A DNA stretch of 63,208 nucleotides, counting the filler, from an uncultured Methanosarcinales archaeon (GTDB taxonomy: Archaea > Nanobdellota > Nanobdellia > Woesearchaeales > JACPBV01), in the NCBI GenBank assembly GCA_964492935.1. It is 3 parts of 3 records of this genome, joined end to end, with 100 filler letters (N's around TTAATTAATTAA, not from the genome) between each part and the next. Parts side by side here need not be neighbours in the genome. Positions count along the whole stretch, not along the records: positions 1 to 30,632 come from CAZBLF010000012.1; positions 30,733 to 59,978 come from CAZBLF010000013.1; 1 more part is not named here. One strand, 5' to 3'. Below are positions 27,908 to 37,989 of this stretch, one piece after another. A program made the position numbers and the translations under genes. The notes beneath the pieces were generated by a model. That model worked only from the letters and a program-made list of their open reading frames with translations. It made no database searches and was not told the origin of the DNA. Positions within the stretch are counted from its first letter, which is position 1; each line of letters opens with the position of its first letter.

Positions 27908-29242
27908 TCAGAATTTTAGAAAGTCGCCTTCTTTTACTAGATGCACGGTTTTGCCGATAACGTATCCCTTTTCTTCTGCTAGACTTGCCATGGCCTCTTT
28001 TTTTGGGATGTCTCCATGAGCAGGGATGATGTGTTCTGCTTTAACAAAGGTAAGGAGATCCCTTAGATCTTCTCTTGAGGCGTGGCCGGAGACGTGAATG
28101 TCCTTGAAGATTCTGACATGTTTGCTTCGTAGTTTATCTTCTAATGCAATGCGATTTTGGATGTTGATGGGGCTAGGGATGACGGTACAGGAGAAGACGA
28201 CATGATCTTCTGAGTTGAAATTAAATGGAATTTTTCCATCGACCATTTTAGAAAGAGTGGAATTGGGTTCTCCCTGATGGCCGGTAACGACTAATACATA
28301 TTTGTCTAATTTTTTCTCAATGGATTTGAGCTTTTTCTCAATTTGTTTACCAAAAGTGGCCATATCTACCTCTTTGGAGAAGTTAACCAGTCCTGCTTTC
28401 TCTCCGGCGTTTGCATATTTTCCAAGGCTTCTTCCTAGGAATATTACTTTTCTTCCCATTTGCTTGCCCATGGAGATGATGGACTTTAATCTTGCGAGGT
28501 GGGAGGCAAACGTGGTTACGATAACTGCTTTATTGGTGCTATCTACTCCAAGCATGACGTCTCTGAGCATGTCACGAGCTACGGTTTCGGAAGGGGTTTT
28601 GGTAGCGCTATCGGCGCGTGTGCTATCTACAATCAGCACTTTCACTCCATCATTTCCAAGTTCTTTCATACGAGCATAGTTTGGTTTTTTGCCGATGGTG
28701 GGATGATCATCAAATTTGAAATCGTTCGCATACATGACGGTTCCATCGGGTGTATGGAGTGCTGCCATGACGGTATGGGGGCAGCTATGAGTTACATTAA
28801 CGAACTCGATTTCTAGACGATCTGAAATCTTGAAACGTGCATTGACATTGAGTACTTTTATTTCGTTTTTTAGGATAATCCGTTCGTCCTTTGCTATTGC
28901 GGTGAGTACCTCTTTCGTAAATGCGGTGCACAGAATCGGGGCGTTGTAGGCATTGCTCAAATAGACAATTGCTCCTACGTGATCGAGATGGGCGTGTGTT
29001 GGAATGATTGCTTTAACTTTGCCTTTCCAGTCTTTCAACACTGCATCGTTCGGTATTGCTCCTGCTTTTCTCAGCTCATCAGGATTAAGATGTTTGTCAT
29101 CATGCTCTCCTTGATTGGTGGCTTCGATGTATTTGTCTAGAAGAAGCCCCATGTCAAAAATGACGACTTCGTCTTTATACTTGACGGCAGTCATGTTTTT
29201 ACCGATTTGGTTGTAGCCGCCGACTGCACAAATTTCTATCAT
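27908..29242 (-). CDS. rnj: Ribonuclease J (beta-CASP)
   Basis: GKNM, HAHLDH, DFK, GHQGEP, HVSGHA, PAHG. Confidence 0.93.
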   Translation of the reverse strand: MIEICAVGGYNQIGKNMTAVKYKDEVVIFDMGLLLDKYIEATNQGEHDDKHLNPDELRKAGAIPNDAVLKDWKGKVKAIIPTHAHLDHVGAIVYLSNAYNAPILCTAFTKEVLTAIAKDERIILKNEIKVLNVNARFKISDRLEIEFVNVTHSCPHTVMAALHTPDGTVMYANDFKFDDHPTIGKKPNYARMKELGNDGVKVLIVDSTRADSATKTPSETVARDMLRDVMLGVDSTNKAVIVTTFASHLARLKSIISMGKQMGRKVIFLGRSLGKYANAGEKAGLVNFSKEVDMATFGKQIEKKLKSIEKKLDKYVLVVTGHQGEPNSTLSKMVDGKIPFNFNSEDHVVFSCTVIPSPINIQNRIALEDKLRSKHVRIFKDIHVSGHASREDLRDLLTFVKAEHIIPAHGDIPKKEAMASLAEEKGYVIGKTVHLVKEGDFLKF

Positions 29243-29312
29243 TTTGTTTATTTCTGCAATCCACTATAAAAAAGTATGGTAATGATTTGACTTGGGAGAC
29301 TTCAAAGCAAAT

Positions 29313-29468
29313 GCATAGCACCTTCGAAATCTTGTTGGAGTTCTAGATGGCTGACATTTCCCGTGGTTTGAAGCGAGCGAGAAGCTAGCCTCTCGCAACA
29401 GCACAACCCCTTTGTCAGTATTCTTCACCCATCGAAGGATTTCGACTGGATGATGCTATGCCATTCCA
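29313..29468. mobile_element. Fold-back MITE-like/structured element, copy 1, flanked by 11-bp direct repeat TCAAAGCAAAT
   Basis: Ends GCATAGCACCTTCGAAAT...ATTTCGACTGGATGATGCTATGC shared with 39697-39830; direct repeats at 29302-29312 and 29469-29479. Confidence 0.7.
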
Positions 29469-29509
29469 TCAAAGCAAATATTTAAGTAGAGTTCATTCTT
29501 CATAGGGGT

Positions 29510-30190
29510 GTGGTTAACGCAATAATTCAGTTGAAGGATGTGTGGAAGGTCTACACGATGGGGGAGGTTAAGGTTCCTGCATTACAGGGGATCAATATCG
29601 CTGTGAAGCCAGGAGAATTTCTTGCGATTATGGGTACGTCAGGCAGTGGTAAGAGTACTGCTATGAATTTGGTGGGCTGTTTAGACATTCCGACCCGAGG
29701 CAGAGTGTATTTACAAAATCAGGACATTTCGAAGATGACTGAAAGCAATCTGGCGCAGATTCGCGGAAAGCTTATCGGATTTATTTTTCAACAATTTAAT
29801 TTAATTCCGTCGTTGAGTGCGTTAGGTAATGTGATGTTGCCGATGATCTTTCAGAATGTGCCTAAGAATGAGAGAATTAAGAAGGCGACTTCGCTTCTGA
29901 ATTTAGTTCAGCTTGGTGATCGAGTCAATCATAAACCGAATGAGTTATCAGGAGGGCAGCAGCAGCGAGTTGCTATTGCTCGATCGCTAGCAAATGATCC
30001 TGAAGTTATTTTAGCTGATGAGCCTACTGGAAATCTTGACTCCACCACAGGGCAGACGGTGATGGCTTTTCTTAAGAAATTGAATAAAAAAGAGAAAAAA
30101 ACGATTGTGATGGTCACGCATGATGCTACTACTGCGCGGCATGCAGATAGGGTTATCTTTTTACGGGATGGAAAAGTAGTTAAGCGATAG
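29510..30190 (+). CDS. ABC transporter ATP-binding protein (LolD/MacB type)
   Basis: GTSGSGKST, LSGGQQQR, LADEPTGNLD, VTHD. Confidence 0.95.
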   Translation: MVNAIIQLKDVWKVYTMGEVKVPALQGINIAVKPGEFLAIMGTSGSGKSTAMNLVGCLDIPTRGRVYLQNQDISKMTESNLAQIRGKLIGFIFQQFNLIPSLSALGNVMLPMIFQNVPKNERIKKATSLLNLVQLGDRVNHKPNELSGGQQQRVAIARSLANDPEVILADEPTGNLDSTTGQTVMAFLKKLNKKEKKTIVMVTHDATTARHADRVIFLRDGKVVKR

Positions 30191-30221
30191 AAAACATATA
30201 AAAAGAGAGTGTTGTTAAAGC

Positions 30222-30632
30222 ATGAATATGAAGAAGGTTTGGGTGTTGTTGGTTTTGCTTGTACTTATCGGTAGTTTTGCTGGTGTTGCGACTTCTAGCA
30301 CGGTGAGTAATGCCCTTACTACGTTCGCTCGTATTCGTATCACGTTGGTCAATCAGGTGCCTGATCCGGTGCAGGCAGGAGATATTGTTACGGTGCGCTT
30401 TAAGGTGGAGAATAACGGTTGGGAAAATGCGGAGGATATGATGATTGAATTACTTCCGGAGTATCCGTTTTCTCTTGTAGATGGAGAGCCCGCTTTACAG
30501 AGAATTGGTTCGGTGCATGGCAAGCAACTGGGAGATATTGGAGTTATTGTTGATTATCGTTTGAAGGTCTCGGAAAATGCCGTAGATGGAAATCATGATC
30601 TTGATTTGCGCTACAAGTTATCAAGCCTTCAA
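30222..30632 (+). CDS. S-layer-domain (COG1361-like) exported protein, truncated by contig end
   Basis: Signal peptide; PDPV.AG..V.VRF.VEN.G motif; follows ABC ATPase. Confidence 0.7.
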
Positions 30633-30732
30633 NNNNNNNNNNNNNNNNNNNNNNNNNNNNNNNNNNNNNNNNNNNNTTAATTAATTAANNNNNNNNNNNN
30701 NNNNNNNNNNNNNNNNNNNNNNNNNNNNNNNN
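30633..30732. other. Artificial contig linker
   Basis: 44 N + TTAATTAATTAA (stops in all six frames) + 44 N. Confidence 0.97.
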
Positions 30733-31296
30733 ATACGCCTTTTTACCACTATTCACTAAATCAGCACGAAGTTTCTCAGCAAGATGCAAATATTGCTGAC
30801 CCGGCTTAATCGTAACCAAAATCCCAATAGTTTCAGCTGCAATAAACCGCTTAAGATTAGCCTCACGTCTCTTCCACTGCTGCTCAATATCATTCATACC
30901 GAGCGTCTTCATCAGTGAAGAAACAGGATCCCAAATAATAATGTCAGAAACAGACTTCTGAGCAGCCTGCGATAACAAAAGAGCCTTAGGATGAAATAAC
31001 CCATCACCAATATACAAGATTGCATCAACATCATCAATTATCGAATCAGAATACGAATCATGATACGCATCACAACCCAGCACCTGGGTCGCAGCGTGAG
31101 TCCTTTTAGCCTTCGTCTCTTTAACCGTAATACCTGCCTGATCCAACTGATCTCGTACCGTTTCTAATTTCAAGAATTGAACAGAAGCAAACAAACCAAC
31201 ACTCTTCACCTTAGCTTTAGCAAAAAACTCCAAAACTTCCTTACCAAGAACAATCTCCTTCTCCCAAATCCCATCAATGAAGAGCGTGTCTACCAT
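30733..31296 (-). CDS. Diphthamide synthesis protein Dph2-like, middle/C-terminal part, truncated by contig end
   Basis: QVLGC, YIGDGLFHP, GILVTIKPGQ motifs. Confidence 0.85.
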
Positions 31297-31556
31297 CCCG
31301 TCCTCGTATAGTGATATTTATTATGTCCAAAACCAACAAGAAAATCAATTCCCAGAGTTTCCAAACCTAAAGGCAAATCACACGCACCGAAACACGAAGA
31401 ATACCAAATATAAACGCTCGCTGAAGTCTCACCTTCAATCTTATCAACAATCTCCTGAGCGCGAGTCTTCAAACCATCCGGTAGCTGAATAAGCACTTTC
31501 TTCTTACCATTAGCCTTAATTTCATCAATGACTTTTTCTAATTCTAAATCAAACAT
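31290..31556 (-). CDS. Diphthamide synthesis protein, stand-alone N-terminal domain
   Basis: QLPDGLK, CFGACD, FGH motifs of the Dph2 N-terminus. Confidence 0.85.
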   Translation of the reverse strand: MFDLELEKVIDEIKANGKKKVLIQLPDGLKTRAQEIVDKIEGETSASVYIWYSSCFGACDLPLGLETLGIDFLVGFGHNKYHYTRTGW

Positions 31557-31617
31557 AACTTCTACAGAATAGAGTTTTAGTTATAAATCTATTGAACGAA
31601 AACTTTAAATAGGAAGA

Positions 31618-31636
31618 GGTATACCAAAAGTATACC
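31618..31636. promoter_or_regulatory. Tandem GTATAC palindromes, likely toxin-antitoxin operator
   Basis: GGTATACC-AAAA-GTATACC between TTTAAATA box and GTG start. Confidence 0.55.
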
Positions 31637-31858
31637 GTGCAAGAAGTAACTACAATGAAAATCAAAAGAACAACCAAGCGAGCTTTAGATAGCATTCGCA
31701 AAAGCACAGAAAGCTACGACGAGACAATAAAAAGATTGGTTGCACAAAAGGAGGATCAAAACCTACGAAAGTTACTGATCGAAGGATATACTCAAAAAGC
31801 GAAAGAAGATCAAGAAACAGTAGCTGATTGGGATCACACCTCTCCTTCTATTGAATAA
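31637..31858 (+). CDS. Putative antitoxin
   Basis: TTMKI...L......ESYDETI.RL DNA-binding-like N-terminus, acidic C-terminus; directly upstream of toxin. Confidence 0.75.
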   Translation: MQEVTTMKIKRTTKRALDSIRKSTESYDETIKRLVAQKEDQNLRKLLIEGYTQKAKEDQETVADWDHTSPSIE

Positions 31859-31859
31859 G

Positions 31860-32207
31860 ATGAAACGTGTAAAAAGGGGAGACATTTGGTTGGTGAATCT
31901 GGATCCAACTATCGGACACGAAATTAAAAAATCGAGACCTGCTGTCGTTATTCAAAATGACATTGGAAATCAGTATAGTCCCATTACAATAATTGCGCCG
32001 TTAACGTCCCAACTAAAAGAAAAACAGTACCCTTTCGAAACTCTTCTACCAAAAGAATATAGTGGATTATCAAAAGACTCAAAAGTGTTGATGAATCAAA
32101 TTCGCGCAATAGACAAGAAAAGACTCATAAAAAACATAGGAACAGTAAAAGAGGAGCTTCTTGAAGACGTAAATAAAGCTCTAAAAGTGAGTTTAGGATT
32201 GGATTGA
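31860..32207 (+). CDS. mazF: PemK/MazF family toxin endoribonuclease
   Basis: RGDIWLVNLDP..GHE..K.RPAVVIQND, QIRAIDK.RL. Confidence 0.93.
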   Translation: MKRVKRGDIWLVNLDPTIGHEIKKSRPAVVIQNDIGNQYSPITIIAPLTSQLKEKQYPFETLLPKEYSGLSKDSKVLMNQIRAIDKKRLIKNIGTVKEELLEDVNKALKVSLGLD

Positions 32208-33923
32208 GGATAGAGACTTAGCCATATAACAATCTTCCCTAGAATAACCTAATTTACGATAATATTCTCGAGCCCCAACACCACTAATTACTAGCATCTT
32301 ATCCTTTCCATTCGAAGTAGCTATCTTCTCAGCCTCAGCCATCAAAGCACGACCAACGCCCTTATGTTGCGTATTCTCCCCAGCAGCACCAATCGCCGTT
32401 GCACTGCCATACACGTGCAATTCTCGAATCATCCCAGACGTAAGTGTAATTGCGGGATGTAATGACCTAGGCACAAAACGTAATCGACAAAAACCAAGAA
32501 TTTTATCCGAAGCTTCCATCGAAATAAAATATTCAGTACCACCAGAAGCCTCATACGAGGAAACAACAATAGACGGCTCACCCTCAACCTGACCCAATCC
32601 AATCTCCCGAGCTCGAATATCACGAAGCACAACATTCTTTTCGTCAGCAAGCTTGTCAACATACTGCCTCAAATTCGTCTTATCAACGCCAGCTTCCGTA
32701 ACATTCGTCGGAATGTCTCGCTGAACACGCATCACCCTACACCAAGAAGGAATAAAACGATACGCATCCACAATAATTGAAGCTGCCTGAGCAGTAGTAA
32801 TCGGCTTATAAATTCCAGCTTCATAATCCTTAACTAATGGTGTACCTGGCATCACCATACACGGATAAATCTTAATCATATCTGGCATATAACCAGAATC
32901 ACTAAACATAGCCTTCAACGATGCCATATCTTTTGCACGCGACAATACCTTGCCATTCTTTCCAGGTAACCCTGGCATCACATGAAAGTTCAACTTAAAC
33001 CCTAAATCACGCAAGTCAGCAATACTCTTCAAGGTATCTTTAACCGTATGACCGCGATGTGTCCTCAACAACACCTCATCGTATATAGTTTGCACCCCTA
33101 ATTCAATTCTAGTTACACCTTGCTTCAATAATTCCAAACCATGCGAAGCAAAACCCCAGTCCGGCTTCGTTTCAATCGTCAATCCAATACAACGAATAGC
33201 GGCTTTCTCATTAAGTTCCTGCTCCTCTTCAAGCGTCTTTACATCTTTCGACTTCAGAGCAAGCACCTTACTAGCAACCTTAGCTTCACGCTCTTTATCA
33301 CCAACCTTTCCAGGCAATTCAAAGAACTTCTTAAACGCAACAAGATCCAATTTCCCAGAACTAAAAAACAGTTTAGAAAAGTCATTATACGCCTTAAAAG
33401 AATAGTAGATATACGATTCACGATACTTTGGAGGAAATCCAGTAAACGTACCGCCCATAATAATCTGATCAACCTTATCACAATTCTGTCCAAGAACAAT
33501 ATACTGCTCTAAGCGATTAAACACAATTCTGTACGCATCGTACTCATTCCGAATCCCGCGCATCGTTGAAGGCTCATTACCGGTATACGACATCGGCACG
33601 TCACCAAAAGACGAACCTAAACCACCCGGACAGAACGTGCATGCACCATGCGGACATTTGTAAGGTTTCGTCATCGTAGCAACAACCGAAACTCCACTAC
33701 CTGTGCGCATCGGCTTCGTAGTCAGACAAGACCTAATCACCGAAGCATCCTCACTATCAGCATGCAAATAAATCTCGATATCCGTAGGAATATGTCTTTG
33801 TTTAAACTTCTTACAAAGCTTCAGCTTATACAATGCTAATTGTGACTTTGTAGGCTTCTCCTTCTTTATCCACGAAATGAGCACAGGATAAAAATCAGAG
33901 TGCTCCTCAACCAATGCTTTCAT
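32193..33923 (-). CDS. elp3: Elp3 tRNA uridine(34) acetyltransferase (radical SAM plus GNAT)
   Basis: CPHGACTFCPGG, ETKPD, RVQRDIP, IRELHVYG, QHKGVG. Confidence 0.95.
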   Translation of the reverse strand: MKALVEEHSDFYPVLISWIKKEKPTKSQLALYKLKLCKKFKQRHIPTDIEIYLHADSEDASVIRSCLTTKPMRTGSGVSVVATMTKPYKCPHGACTFCPGGLGSSFGDVPMSYTGNEPSTMRGIRNEYDAYRIVFNRLEQYIVLGQNCDKVDQIIMGGTFTGFPPKYRESYIYYSFKAYNDFSKLFFSSGKLDLVAFKKFFELPGKVGDKEREAKVASKVLALKSKDVKTLEEEQELNEKAAIRCIGLTIETKPDWGFASHGLELLKQGVTRIELGVQTIYDEVLLRTHRGHTVKDTLKSIADLRDLGFKLNFHVMPGLPGKNGKVLSRAKDMASLKAMFSDSGYMPDMIKIYPCMVMPGTPLVKDYEAGIYKPITTAQAASIIVDAYRFIPSWCRVMRVQRDIPTNVTEAGVDKTNLRQYVDKLADEKNVVLRDIRAREIGLGQVEGEPSIVVSSYEASGGTEYFISMEASDKILGFCRLRFVPRSLHPAITLTSGMIRELHVYGSATAIGAAGENTQHKGVGRALMAEAEKIATSNGKDKMLVISGVGAREYYRKLGYSREDCYMAKSLSSIQS

Positions 33924-34016
33924 ACCAAGAGAATGCTTTCTGCATTTAAAAAGGGCACTCTCTAGATGGTGGATACAAACACTTAAAAACGAAGTTACGC
34001 TCTCAATAACACTAAA

Positions 34017-35093
34017 ATGCCACGAAAAACGATAGCAAATTTCGAGTTGGAATACCTGCAGATAATGGACGAAACAGGTAGTGTAGACCAAGAGTTAATG
34101 CCAAAAATAGAGAAAGAACGCCTAAAAGAACTCTACAAAACCATGCTTCTCGCAAGAACATTTGACACTAAACTATTAGCACTACAAAGACAAGGACGTA
34201 TCGGAACATTCCCGCAAGCAACAGGACAAGAAGCAGCCGCAATAGGACCTGCAGCATGCCTAGAAAAAGACGATTGGTACATCCCATCATACAGGGAATT
34301 CGCAGGCTTATTTTTAAGAAAAATGCCTCTCAGCAACGTCATTCTTTCCTTTTCAGGAGACGAGCGAGGCAATAAAAACAACAGCGAATACAAAAACTAT
34401 CCGCTAACCTTCCCCATCGGCTCCCAACTACCGCAAGCAACCGGAATCGCAATGGGAATGCAACTAGAGAAAAAGAAAAACGTAGTTGTTGTCTACTGCG
34501 GAGATGGAGCAACCTCAGAAGGGGACTTCCATGAATCATTAAATTTCGCTTCTGTTACAAAAGCACCCATCATCTTCATCGTTCAAAATAACCAATACGC
34601 TATCTCCACCCCCATCAAATTACAAACTTCATCACAAACATTCGCACAAAAAGGAATTGCATACGATATTCCCTCAATAAAAGTAGATGGAAATGATACA
34701 CTAGCCATGTTTGCAGCAACCCAAGAAGCTATACAAAGAGCTAAGCTCCATCAAGGCCCCACCCTAATCGAAGCATTCACCTACCGCATCTGCGATCACA
34801 CCTCAGCAGATGACGCTAAGAGATATCGCAGCGAAGAAGAATTAGAATCATGGAAGAAAAAAGATCCACTAACACGATTAAAGATCTACCTCGAGAAAGA
34901 AAACATATGGACGGATAAAGACGAACAACAAACCGAGAAAGAAAACGAAGAAACCATAGCAAAAGCGATCGAGGAAGCAGATGCGCTACCAGCAGTAACA
35001 CCAGAAGACATGTTCCAATATATGTATGAAGACATGCCAGACAATCTCAAAGAACAGCTAGAAGACTGCAAGAAATTCAAGAAAAATGAATAA
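34017..35093 (+). CDS. pdhA: 2-oxoacid (pyruvate) dehydrogenase E1 alpha
   Basis: GQEA, GDGATSEG...NNQYAIS TPP motif, HTSADD. Confidence 0.92.
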   Translation: MPRKTIANFELEYLQIMDETGSVDQELMPKIEKERLKELYKTMLLARTFDTKLLALQRQGRIGTFPQATGQEAAAIGPAACLEKDDWYIPSYREFAGLFLRKMPLSNVILSFSGDERGNKNNSEYKNYPLTFPIGSQLPQATGIAMGMQLEKKKNVVVVYCGDGATSEGDFHESLNFASVTKAPIIFIVQNNQYAISTPIKLQTSSQTFAQKGIAYDIPSIKVDGNDTLAMFAATQEAIQRAKLHQGPTLIEAFTYRICDHTSADDAKRYRSEEELESWKKKDPLTRLKIYLEKENIWTDKDEQQTEKENEETIAKAIEEADALPAVTPEDMFQYMYEDMPDNLKEQLEDCKKFKKNE

Positions 35094-36060
35094 AATAAAC
35101 ATGGCACAAGCCATCACCCAAGCATTGGAAGCAGAGATGCAGGCAGATGAGAAAGTACTTGTCCTAGGAGAGGACGTCGGCCTCAATGGAGGAGTCTTTA
35201 GAGCAACCGATGGACTCCAAAAAACGTTTGGAGAGCAACGAGTTATCGACACTCCCTTAGCAGAATCCGGCATCATAGGAACCTCCGTAGGATTATCCAT
35301 CTATGGCTTCAAACCTGTTGCAGAAATTCAATTCTCAGGATTCATGTACCCCGGATTCAATCAACTAGTAACTGCTGCAGCAAGATTAAGAAACCGAACA
35401 CGAGGCGAGTTCACAATTCCCTTAGTAGTGAGAATGCCATACGGTGGAGGAATAAGGGCACTAGAACATCATTCCGAAAGCATGGAAGCTCTCTATGCCC
35501 ACATCCCCGGACTAAAAGTAGTTATCCCCTCATCACCAAAAGAAGCGTATGGACTTCTAAGAGCAGCAATCCAAGATCCCGATCCCGTTGTCTTTATGGA
35601 ACCAAAACGAATCTACAGAGCAATTAAGGAAGAAGTAAAAGAAGATCAAGAACCCATCCCATTAGGAAAAGCGAAAATAACTAAAGAGGGAGATGAATGT
35701 ACCGTTATCGCATATGGTGCAATGCACTGGGTAGCACAAAAAGCAATCGCTCAATTAGGTTACAAATATCACATCGAGCTCATCGATCTAAGAACCATCT
35801 CACCATTAGACACAGAAACCATCATCAAAAGCGTAAAAAAGACAGGACGCTGTGTCATCACCCATGAAGCACCAAGATCATACGGTGTAGCAGCAGAGAT
35901 CATCGCACAAATTAACGAAAAAGCACTCTACGAACTCCAAGCACCCGTAGAACGAGTTACTGGCTACGACACCATCATGCCCTATTACCAAAATGAAACA
36001 AACTATATTCCCGATGAAGAAAAGATCGTTGCAGCAATAGAAAGAGTTATGAAGGAATAA
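35086..36060 (+). CDS. pdhB: 2-oxoacid (pyruvate) dehydrogenase E1 beta
   Basis: GEDVG..GGVFRAT, DTPLAE, EHHSES, DPV.F.EPK. Confidence 0.93.
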   Translation: MNKINMAQAITQALEAEMQADEKVLVLGEDVGLNGGVFRATDGLQKTFGEQRVIDTPLAESGIIGTSVGLSIYGFKPVAEIQFSGFMYPGFNQLVTAAARLRNRTRGEFTIPLVVRMPYGGGIRALEHHSESMEALYAHIPGLKVVIPSSPKEAYGLLRAAIQDPDPVVFMEPKRIYRAIKEEVKEDQEPIPLGKAKITKEGDECTVIAYGAMHWVAQKAIAQLGYKYHIELIDLRTISPLDTETIIKSVKKTGRCVITHEAPRSYGVAAEIIAQINEKALYELQAPVERVTGYDTIMPYYQNETNYIPDEEKIVAAIERVMKE

Positions 36061-36091
36061 ATTAATAAAGAAGAACAAACAGGTGAACACT

Positions 36092-36850
36092 ATGGCAGAA
36101 GAAAAAGACCAATATGGAAACATTGAGAAGATACCCGTAAAAGGAGTTCGAAAAAAGATCTTCAAACATATGATTGAAGCTACGCATCAGTCAGCAGCGG
36201 TAACACATATGGACGAAGCCGATGTAACCGAATTAGATGCACTGATAAAGAAAGAGAAAGAAAAATACAAGAAAAAAGGCATTAAAGTGACAATGATGCC
36301 CTATCTCGTAAAAGCAATCGTTGCTACGCTAAAGAAAAACCCCTATTTCAACGCACATGTTGACGACACCAGCGAAAACATCCTTCTCAAGAAATACTAC
36401 AACATTGGCGTTGCAGTAAACACCGACGCAGGGTTAATCGTTCCAGTAGTAAAAGATGCAGATAAGAAATCTATCGAAGAAATAGCGCATGAAATCTTTG
36501 ACCTTGCCGCAAGATGCAATGACCGGAAGGTAAAACTTGATGAACTGAAAGGCGGCACCTTTACCATCAGTAACGTTGGCGCTATTGGAGGAATCTTCGT
36601 CACCCCCATCTTGAATTACCCAGAAATATCCATCCTTGCTACAGGAAGAACAAAAGAAAAGCCAGTTGTCGTTAAAGGAGAAATAGTAATACGAAAAATG
36701 TTACCGCTCTCATTAACGTTTGACCACCGTGTCATTGATGGAGCAGAAGCAGCAAAGTTCTGCAACGAATTGAAAGAGTATCTAGAATCCACCGAAGTGC
36801 TCCTAGCAGAGATCAACGAATCCAAAGCGGACTCCATAGGACCGTTCTAA
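36092..36850 (+). CDS. Dihydrolipoamide acyltransferase E2, catalytic domain only
   Basis: GGTFTISNVG and DHRVIDGA; no lipoyl or subunit-binding domain; GGTGA RBS upstream. Confidence 0.9.
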   Translation: MAEEKDQYGNIEKIPVKGVRKKIFKHMIEATHQSAAVTHMDEADVTELDALIKKEKEKYKKKGIKVTMMPYLVKAIVATLKKNPYFNAHVDDTSENILLKKYYNIGVAVNTDAGLIVPVVKDADKKSIEEIAHEIFDLAARCNDRKVKLDELKGGTFTISNVGAIGGIFVTPILNYPEISILATGRTKEKPVVVKGEIVIRKMLPLSLTFDHRVIDGAEAAKFCNELKEYLESTEVLLAEINESKADSIGPF

Positions 36851-36853
36851 AAG

Positions 36854-37579
36854 ATGGCTGGAGCATCTCATCTCAGATTAATCACCCATTCACCTGAAGA
36901 AAATCCAGATTGGAATCTCATAGACTCAGAACTTATCTTTGCTTCATTTTTTTCTCCTACAGCAAATCCGCAAATTCAGAGTATAGCCCCAAATGGCGAA
37001 TACGATGGCAGAATGAAAGCTGAGCACAAGAGAAAAATTGCGGGTGCTAGGTCATATGATCCTTCAACGATAGTCGAGTATGCTTGTGCTTTTCTTGATA
37101 TGAGTGAAGAAGGATGTATCGATTTCGCAACAAGGGTAGCAATGTTAGACAGTGAACCAGAAGATGTTGCTGCAATGAGCATCATAACAATAATACCTAA
37201 GGTGCGAGAAACTATCGGCATAGCTATACGTGACAGCTCAAATATTCCATTAGACATGAGTTCATTTAACTCCTCAGAAGATAAAACCTCTCTCCTGGTG
37301 GGCGTTCAATACCGACTGTGCCCATTTACCGAATACAGAAGATCCTTGTATGAACCAATTGCTCAAAGTATAGGACCTCTTGTATTGAATGCAAGAATTG
37401 ATAAACAGGAAGAAAGATTTGCCAATCTCCTTTTTGAAGAAAGAAAGCCCTTGTTAGAAGAATTTTTCTCATTGAGCCATCGTGCACCCCTCACCATGCT
37501 GGGAATCGCAAACCATATTGATTCCACATATATACACACACTACAAAATCCGGAATTTTACTATGGGGGAAGAGCATGA
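36854..37579 (+). CDS. Hypothetical protein
   Basis: 241-aa ORF tightly packed between E2 and NUDIX genes. Confidence 0.6.
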   Translation: MAGASHLRLITHSPEENPDWNLIDSELIFASFFSPTANPQIQSIAPNGEYDGRMKAEHKRKIAGARSYDPSTIVEYACAFLDMSEEGCIDFATRVAMLDSEPEDVAAMSIITIIPKVRETIGIAIRDSSNIPLDMSSFNSSEDKTSLLVGVQYRLCPFTEYRRSLYEPIAQSIGPLVLNARIDKQEERFANLLFEERKPLLEEFFSLSHRAPLTMLGIANHIDSTYIHTLQNPEFYYGGRA

Positions 37580-37989
37580 AGTTAAGTAAAAGCGCCGGTG
37601 GAGCCGTCCTTAATCAAGATAAAGTCCTTGTAGTCAATCAAAACCACAATTCTTGGTCACTTCCAAAAGGCCATATAGACCCGGGAGAAGACGCATTAAC
37701 CGCAGCCAGAAGAGAAATCAAAGAAGAATCCGGAATCTCCGAATTAACCTTCATCAAAGAGCTAGGAAACTACGAAAGACATAAGATAGGAAAGCATGGC
37801 GAGGGCGACGAAATAAGAGAACTAAAACACATCACCATGTTCCTCTTCAAAACCGACCAACAAGAACTCAAACCAGAAGATCCCGACAATCCAGAAGCGA
37901 GATGGGTAGACATCCATGAAGTCTCTAAACTCTTAACCCACAAAAAAGACAAAGAATTCTTTGAATCTGTTAAAGCAGAACTTAACTAG
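37576..37989 (+). CDS. NUDIX hydrolase (Ap4A hydrolase-like)
   Basis: WSLPKGHIDPGE....AARREIKEESGI Nudix box. Confidence 0.92.
   Translation: MKLSKSAGGAVLNQDKVLVVNQNHNSWSLPKGHIDPGEDALTAARREIKEESGISELTFIKELGNYERHKIGKHGEGDEIRELKHITMFLFKTDQQELKPEDPDNPEARWVDIHEVSKLLTHKKDKEFFESVKAELN

Noticed and set aside
29313..29468. Fold-back elements as hammerhead ribozymes, tRNA fragments or CRISPR repeats
   Set aside because: CTGGATGA/CTGGTGA does not match the CUGANGA core in the right stem context; no cloverleaf; no repeat-spacer array or cas genes.
30633..30732. TTAATTAATTAA palindrome within Ns, repeated at 59979-60078
   Set aside because: Identical 100-nt artificial linker; not biological, and the skew flip here is not an origin or terminus.
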